DNA of 64,000 bases from Phaeosaccion multiseriatum (GCA_965112735.1 OZ218952.1:5208001-5272000); one strand, 5' to 3'. Positions 36,071 to 49,474 are shown, counted from the first letter of the stretch. Notes: generated by a model from the letters alone, not told the origin. A program made the numbers and translations.

Positions 36071-37498
36071 GGTAAGGGACAGTGTCAGGCTGGATGTTGA
36101 TCCTGGTATTTGTGTCCCTGACCATATGCCCGCCTATCGCCTTGTGCCCACTATGCACCGCGTATATGCCCACTATGCACCGCGTATATACATGTACTCT
36201 CTGCTTGTGCTCTACCCTAACACACAACGTGTGGTGTGTGTGCTACCGTCATCACACCCCCAGCCACTCCATCCTGCTGCTGCTGCTGCTGCTGCTGCTC
36301 ACCTTTCCAGCAGTGCCACCACCACCACCACCACCAACCTTACCTCATGGCAGAATAAGTCAACAACTCAAGCAAGCTCACCTCCCAGCTTCTTCTCCTT
36401 CGGAATGCCGAGGGTCCATGAGTGTCACAGCGCGTGAGTGAGTGTGCGAGAGCGAGACGTGCTTGAGGCGGTCCCGCTCCCTCCGCACGGATGGCTTCGC
36501 ACACCCCTGAGGCCTCGCCTTGCGCAGGAGCGCAGGAGCACCATATCGTTGAAAGGCACGGCCAACCAATCCACGATGAGCGCTGCCTCCCGCCTCCCCC
36601 TACCTTTGGCTGCTGCCGACTCCGAGAAAGAGAACAGACGTGGTGCCAGCAGCACTGCCCGAAGCGGTGTCAAGCCCCCCTGCAGAGCCCACCGAGGCGC
36701 CGTCCGCCCAAGATGCCCACCAGCATGGTCCTCGCCTCCTGCACCGTCTGCGCAATGACGACTCGACTACTGAGCTAACAGCTCTCCCGCGCGGTCCCGT
36801 CCCTACTCCACAGCCCTAGCTACCCGTGCGCTCTCTCTGATTGGCTCCGGGCACGCACATGGCGTCGTTCTCGCTGCTCCGCCCGCACTGCGTTATGCTG
36901 GTGTTGGATTTCTCGCTAAGCCCATTTTTCCTCCCATACACCCTCCCGATGGCTCACTCACCGACGACGAGGGAAAAACCGAGCGTGAAGTGCTTCCAAA
37001 GGGGGGAAACAGCCGTATCCCGCAGGTCCCGCTAGCGCCCAGGCCATCCGATTCCGATGCAGCTCTATGCCCAACCCGCTGGGATGAAAACTCGATTTGT
37101 ACGTGGTAGTATAACGGCAACGCCGGCCCCGAAGGCGAGAGCAGGACTGCTTCCACTGCCCACTCCAAGATTTTGACACGTCATCGCCCTCATACGTAGG
37201 AACCCCAACATCACCCGTGCTGCTGCTGTATCACCAACTGCTCCAACTGCTGCTACTGCTGGCGCTGGTGGTGCTGCCAAGCCTCAACTACTTGATCATA
37301 GATAGCGCCGGGCTGAACTTACACCAGACACCAATAATCAACGTGAGACACGGAGTCTCGCAGGAGGAGGAGAGCAGGTGTCCCACCAAGTGCCCGCCCA
37401 CCTCGCTCAGAAGAGAGCAAGCGAGCGAGCGAGCGAGGCGACCCACAGACGCGAACAAGGTATCACTGCACTCTTCTCACGTCCTTACGCCTCGGCCA

Positions 37499-38353
37499 TC
37501 AAAGGAGGGCTTGCTTGTGCGTATCCATATCCCCGTCCTCCCGGTGGGCTTGGACCCAGCACCGGCCGCACCAGAAGCGGTCCTCCTCCGGGCACTGAGG
37601 GCATTGACACGTCGCGTCCTCGGAGCAGATGACACACCACACGTCCTCCTCCTCAGCACACTGTGGCTGCTCCTCCCCAACTCCCTTCGGTGAGCTCTTG
37701 CCGGCGGGTTTATGGGTAGGAGGAGCCAGCACAGGCCTGTGGAATGGGGCCTGGGGGAGGACCAATCCGTTGACTACCCCGTCTAACCCGAGGCGGACCT
37801 CGTCTTGCGCCTGCTCCATGATGCGCTTGGCTTCTTTACCCGTCTCCACATGTCCATCCTCGCTGTGAAACGCATCTTCGTCTTCGTCATCGTTATCCTC
37901 GCTGCAGTCCGAGTAGCTTCGCGCCTTCTCCGCCCTTGCCCCGAGACCGAGGGCATCCTCGTCGACCATCATCCTCAGCAGCTCTTCCTCGTCGCTTGTG
38001 GGCCCCACGCCTCCTGCACCCTCCTTCTCTCCCCCTTCGAAGGCCTTCTGCCAAGCCGCCGCTTTTCGGCCCGCCTCCAGCAGCACCTGCTTCTCCGATG
38101 CGCTTCCTTCCCCCCCCTTCTCCTTCTCTCCCCCCTGCCCTCCTCCAGCCTGCTCGAGTTGGTACTCTTCCTCCGCTTCTCGAAGAAGGGCCTCCATCTC
38201 ATCTTCCTCCGAGGGCACTGTATGTATTTCAACCTCCCCGCCTTCCCCTGGCCCTTGGCGCAGCTTCTCCAGCCGGTCTTTCAGCGAGCTGCTGCTCAAG
38301 GCTTCCGTGGAGTCGCCGCCTTGCAAGGCCCTCAAGCGGGCCTTGAGGTCCAT
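37499..38353 (-). CDS. Acidic/coiled-coil protein with C-terminal B-box-type zinc finger, ZFYVE19/ANCHR-like (no FYVE domain seen)
   Basis: 284-aa ORF with N-terminal DLKARLRAL / LKDRLEKLR helices and C-terminal WCVICSEDATCQCPQC...WCGRCWVQAH...DTH. Confidence 0.62.
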   Translation of the reverse strand: MDLKARLRALQGGDSTEALSSSSLKDRLEKLRQGPGEGGEVEIHTVPSEEDEMEALLREAEEEYQLEQAGGGQGGEKEKGGEGSASEKQVLLEAGRKAAAWQKAFEGGEKEGAGGVGPTSDEEELLRMMVDEDALGLGARAEKARSYSDCSEDNDDEDEDAFHSEDGHVETGKEAKRIMEQAQDEVRLGLDGVVNGLVLPQAPFHRPVLAPPTHKPAGKSSPKGVGEEQPQCAEEEDVWCVICSEDATCQCPQCPEEDRFWCGRCWVQAHREDGDMDTHKQALL

Positions 38354-38612
38354 TGTGAAGGAGCAAATGGGGAGGAGGAGGCCTTCCCCCCCACCCCCCC
38401 CCCGCGCCCCTCATCAGTTTGTCCTCCACTCGCCACAATTGGCGACGCCTTCTCCCTCTACCCCAACCGATTATTCCCCACTTTCTTTCCCTTCCTTCCC
38501 TCCTTCCCTTAACAATTTCTGTTGTACCATGGGCCTGTAGCTTCGTGAAGAGCCTCAGCGCTACAGTAGACTGCTCGGTGTCGCCAAGGGTTGCAATTTT
38601 ACTTCCTTCGAC

Positions 38613-41600
38613 ATGACCGACTTCCCTGGGCGCAGATCATCAGGCGCGATACCGCCCGTCGCTATGGGTGAGGTAAGAGTAGCCTATCAGCTGGTCACTC
38701 GTGCTCGTGTGTGCCGCTCTTTAGGTGCTCACATGCCCCCTTCCCTCCTCGCCCTCCCCTCGGATCTCTCAGTCGCGGGACACCCAGATAACGGGCTTGG
38801 TGCTCGGATACCTGCTGCAGCATGGACACATCAAGGCCATGCGCTCGCTAGAAGTTGAGGCATGTCAGGAGGCCGAGGTGTTTGGGAAAGACGTGAGGTT
38901 CCTCAGGGCCCTGGTCCTTGACGGGCGCTGGTCAGACGCCAAGACCATGCTGGAGGTGAGGGATGTACTGCGTTTGGCACAGCTGGCACAGCTGCACTGG
39001 TACTCCGTCACGCTTATTATCACCCTTGCTTCTCTGTGACGTGCCCCCCCCCTTCGCCTCTCTCCCTTTCTCCCCTGCTCCTGCTCCTGTTCCTTCAGCC
39101 GCTGAGGGAGTCCATCTCATCCTACGAACAGGTCATGTTTGCCTTGGACAAGCAACGCTTCCTGGAGCTACTTGACATGCAGGGCTCCGGAGTGGAGGCA
39201 GCCGAGTTGGTGGCGGTCCTCAAGGGGCTCGAGGGCAAGTGCCCAGCAGAAGACTTTCAGAGCCTGTGCAGCTGCCTCACGCTTCCCAGCGTGACAAGTA
39301 CGTCTGGCTTGTTGCTTGGTTACTTGTTTGCGTGCTCGGTGGGCTCTCTATCTATCTATCTATCTATCTATCATCTCTAACTCTCTCTCTTTCTATCTAT
39401 CTATCTATCTGTCAATCTCTAAATCTCTCTCTCTCCCTGTTAGTACGTCTGGCTCCCCCCTCTCTGTGTGTGGTCATTTCGATCCTATCGCTCTGAAGAC
39501 TGAACTCTGCGCGTCTTGCTGGCCTTACTCCAGGAATAAAGGGTTTCGACTCAGTCCTCACGCCCACCCACTCGCCCCCCCTCCCCCGCCCCTGGCGACC
39601 AGAGCACGCCGACTTTGCTCAGTGGACGGTGCACAGGGGCAGGATGGTGTGTTTCCGCTCCGTCGTGTTGCACCTCGAGGCCGTATTTCCCAACCAGCAC
39701 GTGCAGCGCTCTCCGGTTCTGCCCGGGAGGCTGGAACACCTCTGCCGTCAGGCGGAGCTCTATGAGAAGGAGAGAAGAGAGAAGGTGTGTGTGTGCTGCT
39801 CTTGCCTGCTGGCTGGATCCCAAGCAGAGTCGCAATGCCTCCCCTCGGAGCTTTCCCTTCCCCAGCGCATGCTCTCATGTTGCCGTCTATCGTACCATGC
39901 GAACGAGTCTCACGCGCCTGCCACCCCCCCTACTTGCATTTCACCCATCTTACATTCATTGGCAGTCTCTCTTGGAGGAAGAGATTATTTACATGAGGAT
40001 GGAGGCCGCGACACAGAGACAAGAGCGCGCAACCGGGGCGAGCACTCTGTCGCCCCCTAAGACGGACTTCAATGGCACCGCTCCTTTGCAGCAGCAGTTG
40101 GTGATACAGCCGTCTGCTCTGACCCGCGAGGCGTGGGAGCAGGAGCGCTTCGATGGGAAGGTAGACGTGGCGAGGGCAGCTGAAACGAAGGTGCAAGTGG
40201 CGGAGGAGAAGGGGGAGCGTGCTGCGATGAGGGAGTCGGAAGAGGTTATCAAGCAGGAGCCGTCCTCGCTTCCCCCGCAGCAGCCGCGTCAGGAGGAGGA
40301 GGTGGACAGAGAGCAACAACAGCAACAGCAGCAAGCGAAAGCAAAAGCGCCCCAGACAGACCGCGAGAGGAAGGAAGCCTCGCCCTCGCCCCCTCCGTCC
40401 CCCGCACCGCAGCGAAGAGAGGAGGCAGACGGGAAGGACGAGGATGGCCATGTGGAGGGGTGGACGGCGGCAGAGGCGAAGGAGGGAAAGGAGGGCAAGG
40501 CATCGACGTCTCCTCGCTCGCGGTCCGTCGCGCCTGATCCGGTGGCCTGGGAGATATCCATGGAGCCCTCTCCTAGCGACGGCACAGATGCGCATCACAA
40601 GCAGCAGCCTCGGCGAGGTCTGTCGTCAGAGAGGAGAAGGAACAGCCGACTCGGCCGAGGCGGCAGTGTGTCACCAAGGCGGCAGAGGGGAGGGCTCCAT
40701 CCCCCTGGGGCCGACGGCGGCTTCGGTGGTGGTGGTGGCGGCGGTGGCTGTAGCAGCTATGGGATCATGGAAAAGGACGATTTGGCGTCTTTCCGGGCCA
40801 CGGTGGTGGTGGAAGATAAACAGCCCATCCGTACGGCAAGATTCGACCCCACGGGGCGCTACTTTGCCATGGGGAGCAATGACAGCACTCTCAAGGTGTG
40901 CGCACTTCCCTCCACGGAACAGCTCCGCGAGGCCATTCGCCAAGCAGACGCGAACCACAGTAGGGCTCTTCGGGACGCCGGGGGGGGTGAGGAGGAGGAG
41001 GAGGAGGAGGAGGAGGAGAGAAAAGCGCTACCTCGGAAGCTGGCCAGAGTGCTGCAGGACCGCCAGGGTCACCACCATCACAAGGTGTCTGTGTACTGCC
41101 TCGACTGGGACAGCACCAGCTCACTCATCGCCTCGGGCTCCAATGACAAGACTGTCAAGGTACCGGGGGCATAGGCGGGTATACGGGCATAACGGGCACG
41201 CGGGAGGGGGGCGTACCCATGGGATAGGCTTGTGGCTCGTCGCTTGCCGCTCCCTCGCTTGCTCGCTCGCTCATGAGGCCGTGGATCCCTGAATTGATTT
41301 CCCTTCGGAAGTACTCCCTCTAACTTAAGTCGCTCGTCGCCCCCCCCCCCAACCAAGGTCATGCATCTGGCTCAAAAGGGCGGAGAGCCCACCACCACGG
41401 AGCTCGTCACCACGCTGGTTGGGCAAAAGGGCACCATTCGAGACGTGTGCTTCTCCAAAGAGAAGAACGACCCAAGGGTGAGATCGTCGGGGAGGAGGGA
41501 ACGGTGACACTAGAGTCAGTATGTCAGGGGGGGAGAGAGGATGATACAAGACCAAGTCGGGGCCAGGGGTAGCTTCCTCCCACACACATGTTCGCCAACC

Positions 41601-42123
41601 TGCTGTTCTCCGGAATGTTATAGCGCGCAATGGAGATTGAGTCGCCTTGTGGAGATGGGATGAATGAGACGATCCGCTTGTTGTTTTTGACAGTTACAAC
41701 CCTGCCTTCAAGCCCGCCCTTCCCCGCCCACTCACTCCCCCCCCCGCCCCTTCGACTTTCGCTCTCCCCTGTGCCCTGTGCCTATCTATCCTGTCTGTCC
41801 CTTGTCCCCCCCCCCCGCGTCCGTCCTTCCTTCCTTCCTTCCTTCCTTCCTTCCCAGTTGCTCACTGTCGGGGCCGGAGACTGCAAGTGTCGCGTGTGGG
41901 ACGCTTCCATAGCCTCCGACAACTCCGAGCCGCTCGTCGCCTTCCGAGGACACACCAAGACGGTGCGTGGGTCGCCAAGGGAAGAAGGGAAGAAGGCAGC
42001 AGAGGGTCACGTGCACGACTTGATCGGCTTTGGGGCGGCGAGCCACAAAGGGCCTTGGCAAAGCAGTCCCTTCCCGCCAATGGCTTCGCCCCTCACACCC
42101 TCCGTCCCCCTCCTCCCCTCTCC

Positions 42124-42156
<33 letters not shown>

Positions 42157-42825
42157 TGTATGTTTCAGGTCTTCTCTGGTGTGATGCTCCCCGGTGGCTG
42201 CACGGCTCTGACTGGCGGTGCCGACCGCACGCTGCAGCTGTGGGACACGCGCACAGGAGGCAGCGCCGTCTCCCTCCCCACTGCCCGCGGCCGTAGAAGC
42301 AGCGGCACCAGCCCCAACAAAAACCTCGACGCAGCCGGAGACATCCTCGCGGTGGCGGCCTGGCCCGATGACCCAGAGCGCTTCGTGCTCTCTTCGCACA
42401 GCGACGCGAGTGTGGTGCTGTGGGACTTGTCCGAGAGAAGGCCTCTGTACACGCTCATGTCGCACACTGACGAGGTAAGGGGGTTGCACTTGTCGCCGCA
42501 GGGCAAATGGCTGCTGTCCTCCTCCTTCGACGGCAAGAGCTGCGTCTTTCGTCTGCAGGACGATGCTGTTGCTGCTGCGGCTGCTGGTGGAGGTGGTGGT
42601 GCTGGCCCCGGCGTGGAACAGGGGGCAGGGTTGTTCCAGAGGGGGCGGCAGCAGTTCCGGGGTGAGCAGGAGGAGGAACAGTGGCAGAGTCCCAGCCTCT
42701 CCTTCGCCTCCAGCTTCCGAGGGCATGCGGGCCGGGTGCTTGGTGCCAGATGGCACCCCACGCGGCCTGCGTTCCTGTCGTCCTCCACCGACTGCTCGGT
42801 GCTGCTGTGGGCGCCGGACTCTTGA
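38613..42825 (+). CDS. WDR47: WD repeat-containing protein 47-like (LisH-CTLH + WD40), ~8 exons
   Basis: LisH LVLGYLLQHGHIKAMRSLEVE; CTLH FLRALVLDGRW, KQRFLELL, LCSCLTLP, HADFAQW; WD40 EDKQPIRTARFDPTGRYFAMGSN and HHKVSVYCLDW...IASGSNDKTVK. All are collinear with WDR47. Confidence 0.85.
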
Positions 42826-42844
42826 TTGTTTGAATAAAGTTTTG

Positions 42845-43608
42845 TTAATTGTTCACACTGTACTTGTAGCGACAACTCTTGTTCAAGCACTGTGGGTTTG
42901 GGAGAGAGGGGGATGAATTAAGTTTTTGTGGCTGGGGAGAGCAAAGGAAAACACGCTATTCAAAGGGGCAGGGTTGGGCATGAATGAGGTATTTAGACGG
43001 GTGGGGCAAAGGATCACGGGGCGGTATATGGACGAGACGGCTGATAACAAACATGCAGACTGACCTCGTAGAAGACCGTCTGGCCTTCGTCCGCCGATCG
43101 AAGCTGCATTGTGTAGAACTCGCACTGCGGGTAGTTGCACTTGGGGCACGGCTCCTCTACTGTGGCGCGCTTCTTCTCCATCTCCCCGCCGCTCTGCTGC
43201 TGCTCGACGTACCACCGCGGCGGGGGGCGGGGGGCCGAGCGAGTCACCACCTCAACCTCCCCAAAGCCTGCAACGCAATGCGATTCCATGCCGTCCAAAA
43301 GGGGGTAGAGTCGTGCGTGTGGGACAGGCAAGAGAGTCGAGGTTCAGTGAGGAGGTTCAGTGAGGAGGTTCAGTGAGCAGATGTAGGCGGCTCCAAGGAG
43401 AGTGGAAGAGGGTCCAAGGAGGGTGGCATCAAAGAGAAGTGTGAGGGAGAGAGAGGGGAGAAGTCACGGACAAGGGGGTCTACCTACCTCTGCCTACCTC
43501 GCACTCACTTTCATAGGTCGCTCGGTGGTTGCATCGCGAGCAAACAATGTCTCCTGCGATTGGCAGCGTGAGCACGTTCCCACACACGGTGCAGAAGGGC
43601 CACGGCAT
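42845..43608 (-). CDS. RPA12: RNA polymerase I subunit RPA12 (ZNRD1/POLR1H); exons ~43608-43509, ~43267-43065, 42889-42845
   Basis: N-terminal zinc ribbon FCTVCGNVL..CSRC; C-terminal RATVEEPCPKC...FYTMQLRSADEGQTVFYE-CLNKSCRYKYSVNN*. Confidence 0.92.
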
Positions 43609-43894
43609 GGATTGTGCGGCCCGAGAGGTGCCTTGGAAGGACCAGAGCGGGCTTCCCACAGAGGGCAGATGATAGGCCGTACTCACAGAGGCACGAGCAG
43701 CAGCAGCAGTAGTAGCAGTTGGGGCAGCTGCAGTAGTAGCAGCAGGAGCTGCAGCAACAAGAAGCAGCAAGAAGGACGTGAGTGAGCGATAATACCTTTC
43801 GTAAGTCAACGGGACTCCGGCTTGCTCCCCTCCCGGGCATTCTGCCGAAGACCAGAGACAGAGGTGAAGAAAACATCTTGTTCCACTTGAAAAG

Positions 43895-46249
43895 ATGCTG
43901 GACTTTGATCTGACAAGGTCCAGTGACAAGCTCCGGAAGGAGCAGGATAAGAGAAAGGCAGAAGCGAGGAGGAAACTGCGGGACGAGGTGAGTGCCGGAA
44001 ACTGTTTGAGACTTTTCTTGGAGACCACTGCCCTCCCCTGCTCTGTCAGCTTGAAGAGAAGCAAGTACAGCGGGTGTTTGTGCTTATATATGGAGAGGTG
44101 TGGGTGGGTCAAGGTGTCGGAGAGCCCATTGGCCCGATGGAGGCAGGACTGCTGATAGGAAACCCCCCTCCACCATGTGCTGCCATGTGCTGCCGCTCCA
44201 TTCTCCGTATGCCCCCCCAGAAAAAGGCAAAGGCCGATGCTGCGGTCAGAGCGGCGGCGGTGGAGGCGGAGATTCGCGCAAAGAAACTGCTGGAGGAGCG
44301 CAAACTGAGAGACGAAGAGCGGGCCAAGGAGGAGGAAGTCAGGCGGACCGGAGGGGTAAGTCAGTCCTTGTTGCGGAAGCAAACGTGTCCTTAGCCTTCC
44401 TTAGAGGGTTCGGTGTTCGCTTGAAGAGCGAGGAAAGAGGAATGAGATGGGATATCGGGTGGGCGAGTACGGGGGGGGGTTGGGGCGGAGACGGGCCCTT
44501 CCTCCTTACTCATTGCACCACCCACCCCCCCGCTCTGTCCATGGCGCCGCCGCCTCTTCTGCTGCTGCCGTGCACTCAGGTGGTTTATACATGCGCGCTG
44601 AAGGCGGTGGAGGCCAGTGGGGAGGGTGACAAGGTCACACTACCGCCCTCCGCCCTGGACGACTTGTCGAGACAAGACGCCATGTCGAAGGGCCCCATGT
44701 ACTTTGAGATTACTGCGCAGGCCGCCCCCTCCCAGGGGCAGCAGCAGGGGAAAGGACCGGGGCTGGGGGGTGGGGGCGCGGCAGACGAGCAGCAGCAGCA
44801 GCAACAGCAGCAGCAACAGCGGCGGCGCACCTGTGCGGGAGTGCTCGAGTTCGTCGCGGAGGAGGGGACAGTAGGTGCGTGCGGTGGCCGCTGCCCGTCC
44901 GGCTTGTGCGGGGGGGAGGGCAAGATGGACAAGTCATTCGCAGCAGAGACAGAAAGACAATAGACAAAAGAGAGTGGTACCGGAGCCTCTGCACAGACCC
45001 GATCGACTGCCTGTCCGTGCGCCTCACAAAGCTGTCCATCAGCCTTCACACGCCAAGGGCAACTGACAGGCACCTCCTCTACTCCCCTCTTCCCTCTCTT
45101 ATCCTATGCTGACCCCGGTGGGGGGGTATGCATAACTAACGGTACCCGGATGCTGCATATACCCATGGACCCGTGTATCCGCCCCGCCCCAACAGGGCTG
45201 CCCCCCAAGGTCGTTCTGAGCATGGGGTTCAAGTCGGTCGGCGACATTGAGGGAAATGTAACCGTCAAGTACGTCCGCCTGCCCAAGGCCACGTGGTGCA
45301 AAGTACAGCCTTCCACTGTAGGGCTGTCTCAGGTGGGCACAGTACAGGGTGTCAGGTAGTTGGGTGGGCACAGTATAGGGTGTCAGGTAGTTGGGTGGGC
45401 ACAGTACAGGGTGTCAGGTAGTTGGGTGGGCACAGTATAGGGTGTCAGGTAGTTGGGTGGGCACAGTACAGGGTGTCAGGTAGTTGGGTGGGCACAGTAC
45501 AGGGTGTCAGGTAGTTGGGTGGGCACAGTACAGGGTGTCAGGTAGTTGGGTGGGCACAGTATAGGGTGTCAGGTAGTTGGGTGGGCACAGTACAGGGTGT
45601 CAGGTAGTTGGGTGGGCACAGTACAGGGTGTCAGGTAGTTGGGTGGGCACAGTTACAGGGTGTCAGGTAGTTGGGTGGGTCCACTTCCGGTGGTGTGGTG
45701 TGGTGGTGCGAGGCTTGTCTTAGGAGGGACAATCAGGCAAGCAGGCAGACAAGCAGGCAGACAAGCAGCAGCCCGCTGGGTGGGCCGAAAAACTGTCCTC
45801 TAAGCTAAAGTGAAAGTTGCCTTTCCTCCCTCCCGCCCTCCTTCCCCCCTTCCTCGCTCAGGTGAACGAATTGCGCGTGATGCTGGAGCACAACCTCCGT
45901 AACCACGCCACCATCAGCCGCGGCGATACCTTCTGTGTGTGGCACAGAGGCAAGGAGTTTCAGCTCGAGGTGAAGGAGCTCAAGCCGGAAGCGGCGTGCA
46001 CTCTGATTGATACGGACATGGAGATCGATCTCGACCTCCCCAGGCATGTGTCGGAGGGGCTGGACAAAAAGAGGGAGGAGGAGAGGCGGCGCACCCTTCG
46101 AGGAGACGAGCAGGACCAGCAGGCCGCCTCTGTTGCTGCAGCAGCTGCAGGAAGGGGGGGAGGAGGAGGAGGAGTAGCAGGAGGAGGGCTTCCGCAGCCT
46201 TCAACGGCAGCAGTTGGAATGGACGATGATGATGATGACGACGCTGATG

Positions 46250-46280
<31 letters not shown>

Positions 46281-46662
46281 GAAAATGCCTGCATTTGACC
46301 CGGTGGCGCATCAACTCGCCAAGAGCGAGGCCTTGCCCCCAGAGCCCCCGGAGGAGGGCTACGGGGCGGGCGGGGGAGGAGGAGCAAAGGGCGGGGAGGG
46401 GCAGGAGCATGGCAACGACCATGCAGTGGTGTCGTTTAGAATACGCGCTCCGAGTGGGACCTTCTCTCGGAGGTTCCTGCGCTCGGAGCCGCTGCGGGTC
46501 CTCTTCGACTTTATGGAAGCACAGGGCGTAGCGCCAGGAACGTTCCAACTGGTGCGGGCCTATCCGAGAAAGGTGCTGGAACAGGAGGGGTCAGAGGGCC
46601 GTACTCTGGGGGAGGCGGGGCTTCAGGAGAGGCAAGAGGCGCTCGTGATGGAGCGCTTATGA
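43895..46662 (+). CDS. UFD1-like (UT3) domain protein with N-terminal coiled coil and C-terminal UBX domain; exons ~43895-43987, 44221-44355, 44580-44874, 45196-45332, 45862-46662
   Basis: UFD1 motifs GDKVTLPPSAL, TCAGVLEFVAEEG, YVRLPKATWCKVQP, LEHNLRNHATISRGD and LIDTDMEID; UBX motifs LPPEP..., RIRAP...RRFL...LFDF...FQLVRAYPRKV. Confidence 0.85.
45333..45679 (+). repeat. Intronic minisatellite, 31-bp unit GTGGGCACAGTACAGGGTGTCAGGTAGTTGG x ~11
   Basis: Directly visible; it begins exactly at the intron donor GT. Confidence 0.95.
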
Positions 46663-47164
46663 CAGGGCCCGAGAGGGAGGGTCAAATGGACGCGTTCTTG
46701 GAGCTTGAGGATGGCGCTTTATGACAGGGCATGGACAGGGCTCGAGACCACAAGTGTTGGCAGTGCGATATTTTGTCATCGATTATTCAATAGTGGTGTA
46801 TGTGGGTAGAGAGTAATGTCATGAAATGCTGCATCCTAACTTGAGGCGCCGTTCCATCAAGTAAAAGTACTTTTATCTCCTCCAGCACCTCAGCGAGTCG
46901 AGACTGCATCCCTCCTCCTCCTCCTCTCTCTCTCTCTCTCGCCTGTGCGGCCTATCCGCTCGCGCGCTCTCTCCCATGTTGTGTGTGTTTGTCGTTGTCT
47001 GGGCAAGGCCTGACACAAGCCCCCAGAATCCAGAATATGCCCCACCACACCCCACCCACCGCACACCGACGGCACCGACCGGGAACAAGACAAAAGTGAC
47101 ATCGCAGCCACACAGACAGTGCGAATTGTGGTGGTGCAGGAGCAAGCAGTACCGCGCCACTGCA

Positions 47165-49418
47165 TCAGTCCTCATTGCTGCTGTCGCCTCCCGCGCTGGT
47201 GTTTGCCTTCTTGGCCTCCGGCTCATCGCCTTCCCCCCTTACCGAGGGTGAAGGCCCCCCTCCTCCTGCATCACCATCGCCCGCCGAGCCCTCGTGTTTC
47301 CTCTTATTGCTGCCGCTCGAGCCGGGAGAAGACGGCTCTTGCGCTTGCTCCTTGAGCTCCTGCTCCTCCTGCTCCTGCTGCTGCTCCTGCTGTTGCTGCT
47401 GCCTCGCCTCGTCCTCGTCATCACCATCCCCGTCTCCGCTCTTGGCTGCAGTCCCCTCTCCCTCTCCCGCCCCCCCATTGTTGTTCGCCCCGTCCGCCAC
47501 ACTCGCGTCATCATCGTCGCTGTCTGAGTCGTCACTGCTGCCATCAAGGCCAAGGTTACGAATGGTGCTACTCGCCGCTTCGCCGCCGTACCTGTCAGGG
47601 GCCCCAACCGCTTGCCTCTCCCGCTCTTCGTCGCTCTTCCCCTCGTCCTCCGAGGACGAGTCGTCCTGTTCGTACAGAGAGAAAAGGGGGGGGGGGGGAG
47701 GGAGAGAGGGGAGAGAGGAGGAGAGAGAGACGGAGAGGGAGGGAGAGGGAGAGACGGAGAGAGAGGGAGGGCGGTACATACGCGGAAATGAGTGTGCAAT
47801 ACAATGCCAAGACGACACCGCCACAGCAGCCGCAGCAGGGCGAACAAAGCGATCCCGTCAGACACCAATTCAGAGACCAATTCAGAGATCACTACACATC
47901 TCTACCCTGCCCACAAACCTCTACCCTGCCCATACACCTCTACCTTGCCCATACACCTCTACCCTGCCCATACACCTCTACCCTGCCCATACACCTCTAC
48001 CCTGTCCATACACCTCTACCCTGCCCATACACCTCTACCCTGCCCATACACCTCTACCCTGCCCACGAACCTCTACCCTGCCCATACACCTCTACCCTGC
48101 CCACACACCTCTACCCTGCCCATACACCTCTACCCTCACTCACCGCGTCGCCGAAGGTGGCGTTGATGTCCTCTGCTCTTGGTTGTGCTGCCCCTCCCGC
48201 CTTGCCTGTCTTGGCTCTGGGCTGGCTGCTCGCTGCCTCTGCGTCCCAGCGGCCGCGCAGCTCCATAAGACTCGCCTCCTTGCTCCGTGCTCGCTCCTGT
48301 GCCATGAGGAGGGAGGGAGAAGGGGGGGGAGGGAGGGAGGGAGGGAGGGAGGGAGGGAGGGGGGGAGGGAGGGGGGGAGGGAGGGAGGGAGGGAGGGAGG
48401 GAGGGAGAGAGGGAGGGACAAGAGGGGAGGTGAGGCAATGGGATGGGGCCATGGCGCAGTGGGGTAATGGAGCGAGAGCCGCACACTCGATTTCGGCGGC
48501 GGCCCCGGCACCCACATACGCACGCACACACCCACGCACGCACGCACACACGCACCTGCGCCTCTGCCCTTGTCTCCTCCTGCTTGCGGATCTCCGCCAG
48601 CTTCTCCGCCTCCCTGCAAGAGCCCCAGTCGCAAGCAATATATGAATGGCATAGATAGGCCCAGTCACAAGCAACATATGAATGGCATAGATAGGCCCAG
48701 TCACAAGCAACAAGCAACATCACAAGCCAGAGTGAGGACGTTGTATCGAGGCCACGGAGAGCAAGAGACTAGGCCCAAGGCGGTAAGAAAGGGAGGGAGG
48801 GAGGGAGGGAGGGAGGGAGGGAGGGAGGGAGGGAGGGAGGAGGGCGGCCAAAACCGCCAGGGTACAGAGCGCCTTCCCACCCCCCGGGGGATGGAGTGGC
48901 CACCCTCTCTGTCAATGAATGGAGATGAATGGACACACAAACCCCAATCATGCTCGGCTGCCCACATGCGCTTGCTTTGCTACCTCTCCTCTCTCGCACC
49001 ACACGATAGGCGCAAGCATTATCTATCTATCTTTCCATCTATCTATCTATCCATCTATCTATCTATCTCTTCATCAGCCTATCATCACACATGCATGCCA
49101 ATGTGACCCCCTCCAACCCCTCCAACCCCTCCAACCCACTCCCTCTGCCCACCCGCACCTCTTCCTCTGCTGCTCGTCGATCTTGGCCTGCCTCTTCTGC
49201 CTATCTCCGTCCCTCTCCTTCTGCTTGTTGAGCTCGTGCTCGAGGTGGCTGGCGGCCTTGGTTAGGTTGGTCTCGCAGTACGTGATGTGCTGAGCACAAG
49301 CATACGGGCACAAGAGACGGCGGTGGGCACGGGGGGGGGGTGCGGGCGTGGGGGGGAGGCGAACGGAGGGAAGGAAGAAGAAGGGGTTTAGGAGGGCGGC
49401 AAAGAACGAGAGAGGTCC

Positions 49419-49474
<56 letters not shown>

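Noticed and set aside
36400-37400. Possible small spliced minus-strand gene
   Set aside because: Some splice-like signals, but no consistent frame or recognisable protein.
45333-45679. Regular ~31-bp repeats resembling a CRISPR array
   Set aside because: No unique spacers, head-to-tail units, eukaryotic intron and no cas genes.
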